Below are positions 56,507 through 64,000 of a stretch of 64,000 bases of DNA, piece by piece. A program made the position numbers and the translations under genes. The stretch lies in contig OZ241867.1 of the NCBI GenBank assembly GCA_965203175.1, forward strand, positions 5,376,001 through 5,440,000, in the 5' to 3' direction. Below the pieces are notes generated by a model that worked only from the letters and a program-made list of their open reading frames with translations, did no database searches and was not told the DNA's origin. The number at the start of each line of letters is the position of its first letter. Position 1 is the first letter of the stretch. The stretch comes from Candidatus Latescibacterota bacterium (GTDB lineage: Bacteria > Latescibacterota > UBA2968 > UBA8231).

Positions 56507-58327
56507 CTAAAACGTGAAAAAGCGATGTCTGTTGTCCTCGATCTCGGCTGTCTCGTACAGGTGCATAAACCAGTTCTGCACGGCCTCCTGCTCGCGCTGG
56601 GTCTGCAGTTGAGCGACGACCTGCTCGCGCTGCGCGGCGAATTGCTCCTCATCCACCGGTGTCTTCTCCAGCAGTTTCAGCAAGTAAGCACCTCGATTGC
56701 TACCTTCGGCGACCTCGATCACTTCGCTGAGCCGGCCCTCTTCCAAGCGGAAGGCCGCGCCGATCACTGCGTTAGCACGACCTAGACCCTCCACCGATTC
56801 GGTGCGCGCAAAAGCCTCGGGAGTGTGAAACTCCACCCCGGAATTTTGCGCCGCTTGAGCCAAGGTGGCCCCGGCTCCTACTTCCCGCCGCACGGCCTCC
56901 AGTTGGGCCGCGGCGCGGGCGGCCTTTTTGCGCGCGCGCACCAACGGCTCAAGTCGGTCCGTTAGCTCGTCTAAGGGTGCTACGCCCTCAGGCCGCTTGG
57001 CCACTAACTGCGCCACCCACAGCCCCGAGTCGTCCTCGACGACCTGACTAACGGTCCCAGGCTCCTGTTCAAAAAACCAGTTGACGAGCCACGTCGTGTT
57101 CGCACTGATGCCCGGCATAGCTTGGCTCTTGCGCAGGAAATTCGTAGTCGTCGCCTCGGTGCCAGAGGCTGAGAGCGTGGCCGCAAAGCCCTCGGCTGTG
57201 GCCTGCTCCTGGAACACCTCAGCCCGGCTGCGCAGACTATCTTCAGTCGTGCGCGAGGGCTGGTACCTGAGCAGGATGTGGCGGGCGTGCACCCTCTCCC
57301 CGCTGCTTTCCTCCAAGCGTTCTTCCACCTTGATCAGATGCCAGCCATAGCGCGTCTGCACTGGCTCGGAAAGCTCGCCGGGTGCCAAGGCAAAGGCCGC
57401 TTCCTCAAAGGGCGCAACCATCTGACCGCGACCAAAAAAACCGAGGTCGCCGCCTCGGGCAGCTGAACCTTCGTCATCGGAGACCACTCCAGCCAACTCG
57501 GCGAAATCTGCGCCGGCCTCGATCTCTTGGCGAATTCGCTCAATTTCCTCTTTGATCTCCAGCGAATCCTCAGCGCTGGCCACCTTGGGGAAGGACACGT
57601 ATTCCAGCTTTACCTGATCGGGGTGCTCGTAGTCGGCTGCGTTCTCTTGGTAGTAGGCAGCTAAATCATCGTCGGAGACCTCAATCTCGTCGTCCGCAGC
57701 GTCGCTGGGGGCGAACGCGTATTCGACGCGTACCTTTTCGTTGACCTCAGCAAAGTACTGGCGCGCCTCGCTGGGGCTCACCTGCGCGGTGCCCCGCAAC
57801 ATCCGCTGTAGTCTGTAATCGAGCAATTGCCGCTTAATCATACTCTCGATCCCCAAGACTAAGGCTTGGTTGTTGGGGTCGCTGAGATTGGCCGGATTGC
57901 CGATGAACTGGGCGTACTTGTCCATATCGAACGCGCCGTCGGTTTGAAAGGTCTCGAATTCGCGCACGGCCTGCGGGGGGTTACTCCGCGTGTAATAGGC
58001 GATTTCCCCGTCAGTTATCTCAAAGCCCAAGCGCTCGTACTCTTGGGTTAGGATGATCTCGCGGACGTAGTAGTCCCATACCTGCTGCACGAGCAGGGCT
58101 TGGTCGGCGCGCTGCTCCTGCGGCATCTGGCGCGCCAGCCGCCGCAACGCGTCTTGGAACTCCTGGAGCGAAATGGTCTCGCCATTGATCACGCCGACCG
58201 TATCGCCGGCGGCGTTGGGGCGCGCGCCCGAGTAGTCAGCCCCCCATTCAACGACGATCAAGCCGATGAAGGCGAATATCACAAACCACAGAACGAGCAC
58301 CGTCTTTTGGCGCAACAAAGTCATCAT
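56507..58327 (-). CDS. PpiD/SurA-like membrane-anchored peptidyl-prolyl isomerase
   Basis: N-terminal TM helix, SurA-N '[10 protein letters not shown]', 'FQTDGAFD', rotamase '[45 protein letters not shown]', 'HARHILL'. Confidence 0.87.
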   Translation of the reverse strand: MMTLLRQKTVLVLWFVIFAFIGLIVVEWGADYSGARPNAAGDTVGVINGETISLQEFQDALRRLARQMPQEQRADQALLVQQVWDYYVREIILTQEYERLGFEITDGEIAYYTRSNPPQAVREFETFQTDGAFDMDKYAQFIGNPANLSDPNNQALVLGIESMIKRQLLDYRLQRMLRGTAQVSPSEARQYFAEVNEKVRVEYAFAPSDAADDEIEVSDDDLAAYYQENAADYEHPDQVKLEYVSFPKVASAEDSLEIKEEIERIRQEIEAGADFAELAGVVSDDEGSAARGGDLGFFGRGQMVAPFEEAAFALAPGELSEPVQTRYGWHLIKVEERLEESSGERVHARHILLRYQPSRTTEDSLRSRAEVFQEQATAEGFAATLSASGTEATTTNFLRKSQAMPGISANTTWLVNWFFEQEPGTVSQVVEDDSGLWVAQLVAKRPEGVAPLDELTDRLEPLVRARKKAARAAAQLEAVRREVGAGATLAQAAQNSGVEFHTPEAFARTESVEGLGRANAVIGAAFRLEEGRLSEVIEVAEGSNRGAYLLKLLEKTPVDEEQFAAQREQVVAQLQTQREQEAVQNWFMHLYETAEIEDNRHRFFTF

Positions 58328-58344
58328 AAGCTATAGTTCTCCTG

Positions 58345-59373
58345 CTATCTTGCGTTTTTTTCTTTGGCCTCGGCAACCAGCCGATTTTTTAGCTCCGCGG
58401 GATAGCGAAGCAGACAAGCCGTACAGTGGCCGCCGCCCAGATCGACGAGGCGTGGCACCACGCGAGTGCATATCTCTTCGCGCTCTGGGCAGCGCGGATG
58501 AAAGGCGCATCCCGAGGGTACGGCCGCCGGATTGGGCGCGTCGCCCTCCAAGAGGACGCGCTGCCGCTTAGTCCGCGGGTCGGGCGCGGGCACGGCCGCC
58601 AGCAGCGCGCTCGTATAGGGATGGGACGGCTGGCGGTAAAGCTGATCGCGAGCCGCCACTTCGACTATGCGTCCCAAGTACATCACGGCCACCCGGTCCG
58701 AAATGTGGCGCACCACACTCAAGTCGTGGGCAATAAACATATACGTTAGGCCCAAATCGCGCTGTAGGTCTTGCAGCAAGTTGATAATCTGGGCCTGCAC
58801 CGAAACGTCCAGCGCAGACACGGGCTCATCGGCGACGATAAATTGCGGTCGCACTGCCAAGGCGCGAGCAATGCCAATGCGCTGGCGCTGGCCGCCGGAA
58901 AACTCGTGCGGGTAGCGCCGCGCGCCGTCCGCCGGCAACCCAACCATCTCCAGTAACTCCCCTATCCGCTCGGCCAACTCGGCGCGCTCGGCCAGCCCGT
59001 GGACCTTCAGGGCCTCGCCGATGATGCCGCCCACCGTCATCCGCGGATTGAGCGACGCATAGGGGTCTTGGAAGATGATCTGCATGTCCCGCCGCTGCCG
59101 CCGCATGGCTTCTTTGCCCAACCCCAACAGGTCAACCCCGGCAAAACGCACCTGCCCAGCCGTGGCCTCGACGAGCCGCAGCATGATCCTACCCAGCGTG
59201 GTCTTGCCGCAACCGCTCTCGCCGACTACGCCCAAGGTCTCGCCGCGCTCAATCGCCAGATCAACTCCATCGACGGCCTTGACATGGGCCTGTACCCGAC
59301 CCCAAAACCCCCGGCGCACGGGAAAGTGTTTTTTGAGTCCCTCCACCTCGACCAAGGGCGCGGCTTCGCTCAT
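58345..59373 (-). CDS. Oligopeptide/dipeptide ABC transporter ATP-binding protein (OppF/DppF-like)
   Basis: Walker A GESGCGKT, '[12 protein letters not shown]', '[14 protein letters not shown]', 'HPYT', C-terminal Cys cluster. ATGA coupling. Confidence 0.92.
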   Translation of the reverse strand: MSEAAPLVEVEGLKKHFPVRRGFWGRVQAHVKAVDGVDLAIERGETLGVVGESGCGKTTLGRIMLRLVEATAGQVRFAGVDLLGLGKEAMRRQRRDMQIIFQDPYASLNPRMTVGGIIGEALKVHGLAERAELAERIGELLEMVGLPADGARRYPHEFSGGQRQRIGIARALAVRPQFIVADEPVSALDVSVQAQIINLLQDLQRDLGLTYMFIAHDLSVVRHISDRVAVMYLGRIVEVAARDQLYRQPSHPYTSALLAAVPAPDPRTKRQRVLLEGDAPNPAAVPSGCAFHPRCPEREEICTRVVPRLVDLGGGHCTACLLRYPAELKNRLVAEAKEKNAR

Positions 59374-60350
59374 GCGTCCCCCGCTTTCCAACAGCTCGCC
59401 CAGTGCGCGGGCTCAATTTCCTCTAGCGCTGGCACTTCCGCCCGACAGTGATCGTCGGCCAGCGGGCAACGCGGGGCAAAGCGACACCCTTGTGGGAAAG
59501 CGCGGGCGTCGGGCACCACGCCCGGGATGATGTCCAATCGCTCCTGCTCGGCGTCCAGCCGAGGGATCGAGCGCAGCAAACCGCGCGTATAAGGGTGCCG
59601 CGGGCGAGCAAAGAGCGATTGCGTTTCCGCGTATTCGACTATTCGGCCAGCGTACATGACTGCCACTTGATCGGCGGTCTCGGCGATCACGCCGAGGTCG
59701 TGGGTGATCATCACAATCGCCATTTGCAGGGACTCTTGCAGCGACTCCAACAGCGCGAGGATCTGCGCTTGAATCGTCACGTCAAGGGCCGTGGTCGGCT
59801 CGTCGGCAATCAGCACGTCTGGATTGCACGACAGCGCCATGGCGATCATCACCCGCTGGCGCATTCCGCCCGATAGCTGGTGGGGGTATTCGTCGATCCG
59901 CTGTTCGGGCGCTGGAATCCCCACCAGTTGCAGCATCTCGATCGCTCGGGTGCGTGCTTCCTGCATGGGAACCTGCTGGTGCAGGACCACGGCCTCGGCG
60001 ATCTGGAACCCGCAGGTCAGCACCGGATTGAGACTCGTCATCGGCTCTTGAAAAATCATCGCGATGTCGTCACCACGCACTCGGCTCATCTCTTCCTCGT
60101 CCAGCGCGAGCAAGTCGCGCCCCTTGAGCAGGATCTGCCCAGCCTCAATGCGGCCCGGCGGATCGGGCACCAAGCGCATAATCGAGAAGGCACTGACGCT
60201 CTTGCCACAGCCGCTTTCGCCGACCAGCCCCAGCGTCTGGCCCCGCCCCACCGCAAACGACACCCCATCGACGGCGCGGGCGACGCCCTCTTCCGTGTGG
60301 AAGTAGGTCCGCAAGTCGCGAACTTCTAACACGAGATCCTGCGCGATCAT
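59370..60350 (-). CDS. Oligopeptide/dipeptide ABC transporter ATP-binding protein (OppD/DppD-like)
   Basis: GESGCGKS, '[11 protein letters not shown]', '[12 protein letters not shown]', '[14 protein letters not shown]', 'HPYT'. Confidence 0.92.
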   Translation of the reverse strand: MIAQDLVLEVRDLRTYFHTEEGVARAVDGVSFAVGRGQTLGLVGESGCGKSVSAFSIMRLVPDPPGRIEAGQILLKGRDLLALDEEEMSRVRGDDIAMIFQEPMTSLNPVLTCGFQIAEAVVLHQQVPMQEARTRAIEMLQLVGIPAPEQRIDEYPHQLSGGMRQRVMIAMALSCNPDVLIADEPTTALDVTIQAQILALLESLQESLQMAIVMITHDLGVIAETADQVAVMYAGRIVEYAETQSLFARPRHPYTRGLLRSIPRLDAEQERLDIIPGVVPDARAFPQGCRFAPRCPLADDHCRAEVPALEEIEPAHWASCWKAGDA

Positions 60351-61126
60351 GCGCGATCCTTTTCCCAGGTACCAGCCCGGCACACCTCATCGGCGGCCAG
60401 CGCGCCCCAGTGCATTTTTGCGCCGAGTTGACGACTGAAGCCCTCGACTAGGCAATCGATCAATTCGGCCCGGTCGATGGGCCGACCCATGCAGGACTGC
60501 AAATCCGTACTGTGCGCTCGTACCTGCCGGGTCCATTTTTGCCGCGTGTCCTCGTCAATCCGAACAAGTTGGGGCAAGCGCTCGTGCGCCCGGCCGAGCA
60601 AAATCGACCCGTGTTGCAGCAAGCGACGTCCGTAGCGCCGCTGCGCACTGCCGACCAACTTGCGCTGCTGGCACTTGAGCTCCCAGCGCGCCGTGCTACC
60701 AAAGCAAGGACCCGATCGCAAGTCTCCAACGCAGCGACCAGCCCTTTCCAACTCTACGGGGGCCCCGAAAAGCCGCAGCCCCTCGGCCAAGCACGCACCA
60801 ATCTTGCGATGCGTAGCTCCTATCCCGCCACCGGAGACCAATACCTCCGCAGTGCAAGCGACGCTGTAGGTCAATTCCTCCCAGTGCAGCACTGCGCGCC
60901 CGCCGGTGGGCCGGCGCACCACGTCAATGCCCAGCGCGCGGCAGGCTTCTACATTAGCCTCGCGCTCGGGCTGCTGGTTCCATCCGCAGGAAACAGCCGG
61001 CGGATCCCAGTCGTAGAACCGCAGCACGGGGCCTTGGGCCGCGTCCGCGGCGAGGACCTGATCGACGCCCATGTTGTACGCGCCACAGTTCGCACCCGTA
61101 TCGACGACGCGCCAGGCAAGGCCCAT
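60347..61126 (-). CDS. Lipoate-protein ligase/octanoyltransferase (LplA/LipM family)
   Basis: 'NMGVDQ', 'VLRFYDW.PPAVS.G..Q', '[18 protein letters not shown]', 'KLVGSAQRR', 'LQHGSI'. Start ATG 61126 overlaps the rnc stop. Confidence 0.88.
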   Translation of the reverse strand: MGLAWRVVDTGANCGAYNMGVDQVLAADAAQGPVLRFYDWDPPAVSCGWNQQPEREANVEACRALGIDVVRRPTGGRAVLHWEELTYSVACTAEVLVSGGGIGATHRKIGACLAEGLRLFGAPVELERAGRCVGDLRSGPCFGSTARWELKCQQRKLVGSAQRRYGRRLLQHGSILLGRAHERLPQLVRIDEDTRQKWTRQVRAHSTDLQSCMGRPIDRAELIDCLVEGFSRQLGAKMHWGALAADEVCRAGTWEKDRA

Positions 61127-61884
61127 TAGAGCGCGTCCAAACCCTCGAGGGCGTCCTTGGCTGCCATCTGTTGGGCCTCCTTCTTGCTCCGCCCCTGGCC
61201 CCAACCCATGCGCTGGCCAGTGATGCACACTTCGACGCTGAAAAGCTTGTCGTGGTCTGGCCCATGCTCTGCATGAACCAAGTAGCGGGGGTGGCCATTG
61301 CCCATGCTCTGCGAGTATTCGAGCAACCTGCTCTTGAAGTTGAAGTTCGCGTCCGGTTGAACTATTTGATGAAAATCCGCCAGCACCGCACGCCGAACAC
61401 AGGAGCGGGCAGCCTCTAAACCACCGTCGAGATAGATCGCCCCAATCAGTGACTCCAAGGTGTCGCAGAGGATTGACGGCCGCTGTCCGCCGTTGGATCC
61501 GCGCTCGTCCTCACTCAGCAACACAAAGGCCCCCAGCCCAAGACGGTCCGCTTGGCGCGCCAGCGCCTTGCGGCTGACTAATTGCGACTTCATCTGGGTC
61601 AACTCACCCTCTCCCTTGTCCTCAAAGCGGCGATAGAGGTAGTCGGTGACCAACAACTCCAGCACGGCGTCGCCGAGAAATTCGAGCCGCTCGTTCGACT
61701 CGATGCGGTCGCGGCCCTCCTCCGCATACACATACGATCGATGCTTGAGGGCCTTGACCAACAAATCCCTGTTCTTAAAATGGTAGCCCAACAGCTCTTC
61801 GAGAGCATGCCGCGAATCCGCGGTGCGATCTTCTGGGACACTCGCCGGCTTGCGGCGATTCCAAAGAGTTGCAATCCAGCTCAT
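61126..61884 (-). CDS. rnc: Ribonuclease III
   Basis: 'ALKHRS', 'NERLEFLGDAVL', 'ESLIGAIYLDGG', dsRBD 'GPDHDKLF...GQGRSKKEAQQMAA'. Confidence 0.96.
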   Translation of the reverse strand: MSWIATLWNRRKPASVPEDRTADSRHALEELLGYHFKNRDLLVKALKHRSYVYAEEGRDRIESNERLEFLGDAVLELLVTDYLYRRFEDKGEGELTQMKSQLVSRKALARQADRLGLGAFVLLSEDERGSNGGQRPSILCDTLESLIGAIYLDGGLEAARSCVRRAVLADFHQIVQPDANFNFKSRLLEYSQSMGNGHPRYLVHAEHGPDHDKLFSVEVCITGQRMGWGQGRSKKEAQQMAAKDALEGLDAL

Positions 61885-61950
61885 CAGCTTAATACCCGAT
61901 TAAAAACCTCGTTTGTACGGGGAGTGCTCGGGGGATGCTGGGGAAGTGCG

Positions 61951-63210
61951 TCAGCCGGTGAAGCTACCAAACACCAGCGCCACGTTGTGGCCGCCAAAGC
62001 CAAAGGAATTGTTGAGGGCGTAGTTTACCTGCACGCGGCGCGCCTCGTTGGGCACGTAGTCGAGGTCGCAGTCGGGGTCGGGGTTTTCGTAGTTGATCGT
62101 CGGCGGCAGGATCCCGCTTTTGAGTGCCATGATGCAGGCGATGCTCTCGATGGCCCCGGCTGCGCCCAATAGATGCCCAGTCATCGACTTGGTCGAACTT
62201 ACGGCCATGCTGTCGGTGTGGCCGGCGAAGACCGTCTTGAGCGCCGCGGTCTCCTGCTGGTCGCCCATGGGCGTCGAGGTGCCATGGGCATTGACGTATC
62301 CGATGTCGCTCGGGTCCAAACCCCCATCCTGCAGCGCAATGCGCATGGCCCGCGCACCGCCCTCAGCCTCTGGCGCCATCGCCGTCTGGTGATAGGCGTC
62401 GGCGGTAAAACCGAGCCCGAGGAATTCGCCGTAGATCTCGGCACCGCGCCTTTGCGCGTGCTCCAATTCCTCCAAAATGACGGCCCCGGCTCCTTCGCCA
62501 AGCACGAAGCCATCGCGCTCGGAGTCAAAGGGCCGGCTGGCCCGCTCGGGCTCGTCGTTGCGCGTCGATAGGGCCTTGGCCGAGGAAAAGCCGGCCATGG
62601 AAATAGGCGTAACGGCCGCTTCCGAGCCGCCAGTCACCATCACGTCAGCTTCCCCGTACTGGATCTTGCGCGCCGACTCGCCGAGCGCGTGGGCAGCCGA
62701 CGAACAAGCCGACACCGTGCCGTAGTTAGGCCCTTTGGCTCCTAAATCCATGGAGATCATGCCTGGGGCCATGTCGGAAATCATCATGGGCACGTAGAAC
62801 GGACTGATGCGCCTGGGGCCTTTCTCCAACAGGATAGTGTGCTGTTGTTCGTGGGTCTGGATTCCGCCAATACCCGAGCCCCAGATGACACCTACGCGCT
62901 CGGGGTCAACCGCTTCCATGTCGAGCCGGGCGCGGCTAGCCGCCTCCCTGGCCACGCACATCGCGTAGTGGGTGAAGGCGTCGTTGCGGCGCACATCCTT
63001 GCGGTCCATAACCGCCCCTGGGTCGAAATCCTTGACCTCGGCGGCGATCGTAGTCCGGTGCTGGGAAGTGTCGAACCTAGTGATCGGCCCAACCCCAGAG
63101 CGACCGGCTAGGAGCGCGTCCCAGAACGTCGGCAGGTCATTGCCATTGGGTGCTAAGACCCCCAAGCCCGTGACGACGGCTCTGCGCTTCTGCACTGGAC
63201 TGCCACTCAC
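61951..63210 (-). CDS. fabF: 3-oxoacyl-ACP synthase II
   Basis: 'VVTGLG', 'SACSSAAH', '[17 protein letters not shown]', '[11 protein letters not shown]', '[14 protein letters not shown]', 'NSFGFGGHN'. Confidence 0.95.
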   Translation of the reverse strand: MSGSPVQKRRAVVTGLGVLAPNGNDLPTFWDALLAGRSGVGPITRFDTSQHRTTIAAEVKDFDPGAVMDRKDVRRNDAFTHYAMCVAREAASRARLDMEAVDPERVGVIWGSGIGGIQTHEQQHTILLEKGPRRISPFYVPMMISDMAPGMISMDLGAKGPNYGTVSACSSAAHALGESARKIQYGEADVMVTGGSEAAVTPISMAGFSSAKALSTRNDEPERASRPFDSERDGFVLGEGAGAVILEELEHAQRRGAEIYGEFLGLGFTADAYHQTAMAPEAEGGARAMRIALQDGGLDPSDIGYVNAHGTSTPMGDQQETAALKTVFAGHTDSMAVSSTKSMTGHLLGAAGAIESIACIMALKSGILPPTINYENPDPDCDLDYVPNEARRVQVNYALNNSFGFGGHNVALVFGSFTG

Positions 63211-63446
63211 GCCTTGCTGTTCTCTTCTAAATATTTAATCGCGTCGGCTACGACCATTATCTTCTCGGCGTCCTCGTCCGGGATGTCGATCCCGAATTCC
63301 TCCTCAAAGGCCATGACCAGCTCGACGGTATCGAGTGAGTCGGCACCCAAGTCGTCGATGAAAGATGCTTGGGGATTTACTTGATCCTGACTCACGCCGA
63401 GCTGTTCGACGACTAGATCTCTCACGCGCTCTTCAATAGAAGCCAT
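63207..63446 (-). CDS. acpP: Acyl carrier protein
   Basis: '[32 protein letters not shown]'. Confidence 0.97.
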   Translation of the reverse strand: MASIEERVRDLVVEQLGVSQDQVNPQASFIDDLGADSLDTVELVMAFEEEFGIDIPDEDAEKIMVVADAIKYLEENSKA

Positions 63447-63553
63447 GGTGCATTCCTCTTGGGATAAGAGTGAACAATTTTACCGCTGCGGCCAATAGCC
63501 TGCGGTCTTAAAATTAGAGTCTAAATATAGGCGATGGGCAAATTCTTTTAGTC

Positions 63554-64000
63554 TTATATGGCCATGCCGCCATCCACGGACAAGACCTGACCGGTGATAT
63601 AGGCAGCTTGATCTGACGCGAGGAACGCCACAGCGTGCGCCACGTCTTCCGGCGTCCCCGCCCGGCCCAGCGGCACCGTAGCAATCATCTGCTCCTGCTG
63701 CTGTTCCGTCAACCCGTCCGTCATGCCCGTTTCCGGCACCAACCCCGGGGCCACGGCATTGGCGGTGATCCCGCGCGAGGCCAACTCCCGCGCCAAGCTC
63801 TTGGTCAGGCCGATCAATCCAGCCTTGGACGCGGCGTAGTTGGCTTGCCCGGCATTGCCCAGCAATCCCACGACCGAAGTGATGTTGACGATCCGCCCAC
63901 CGCGGGCTTTGAGCATGGGGCGCACCGCCGCGCGGACACAGTTAAAAGCGCCTTTGAGGTTGATCGTCAAAACCTCGTCCCAATCCTCTTCCTTCATCCG
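63554..64000 (-). CDS. fabG: 3-oxoacyl-ACP reductase (5' part outside the window)
   Basis: '[35 protein letters not shown]', '[13 protein letters not shown]'. Upstream of acpP. Confidence 0.93.
   Translation of the reverse strand, partial: RMKEEDWDEVLTINLKGAFNCVRAAVRPMLKARGGRIVNITSVVGLLGNAGQANYAASKAGLIGLTKSLARELASRGITANAVAPGLVPETGMTDGLTEQQQEQMIATVPLGRAGTPEDVAHAVAFLASDQAAYITGQVLSVDGGMAI

Noticed and set aside
1-64000. CRISPR array, rRNA, tRNA, integrase, transposase or prophage genes
   Set aside because: None recognised by eye: no regularly spaced repeats or diagnostic motifs. A tRNAscan/Infernal run would be needed to exclude small RNAs.
61951-64000. fabG-acpP-fabF as a polyketide or secondary-metabolite cluster
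   Set aside because: Sequences and context (rnc, lipoate ligase) are those of ordinary type II fatty-acid synthesis.

Overview
A 64 kb, GC-rich bacterial chromosomal segment. The gene content (many FlgD-Ig/T9SS-CTD-like exported proteins, DUF6785-type membrane proteins, PhyH dioxygenase, acpP-fabF-rnc order) suggests an FCB-superphylum lineage such as Latescibacterota or Gemmatimonadota; this is inference only. Bases 1-22.7 kb are entirely minus-strand. They contain the main candidate for an undescribed system, a tightly packed cell-envelope cassette of about 15 kb. It encodes a small CBM9/DOMON-like secreted protein with a 'TAVEEESWGRIK' tail, then a long palindromic stem-loop, three paralogous secreted proteins ending in an 'xPNGDGxND...FlgD-Ig...Y' module, two paralogous ~930-aa predicted beta-barrel proteins with Ca-binding loops, and a PPIase lipoprotein. 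Downstream lie a decayed toxin-antitoxin/restriction patch, an enolase-family enzyme, a second CBM9-like-PKD protein and a GT-C/TPR glycosyltransferase. The middle holds a cfa-like gene, three DUF6785-like transporters (two tandemly duplicated), rhaM, trkAH and a complete N-methylglutamate methylamine pathway (mgsABC-gmaS-mgdABC) whose mgdD is displaced by 7.5 kb. The right part holds a HAD gene, phyH, a TonB receptor, a mosaic sugar dehydrogenase and a housekeeping fabG-acpP-fabF-rnc operon. A recurring pattern is that accessory blocks are bordered by short remnants of neighbouring genes (antitoxin, mgdD, higB, HAD), with no integrase or transposase visible. No rRNA, tRNA or CRISPR array was recognised. 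All family assignments come from reading motifs by eye, not from database searches.
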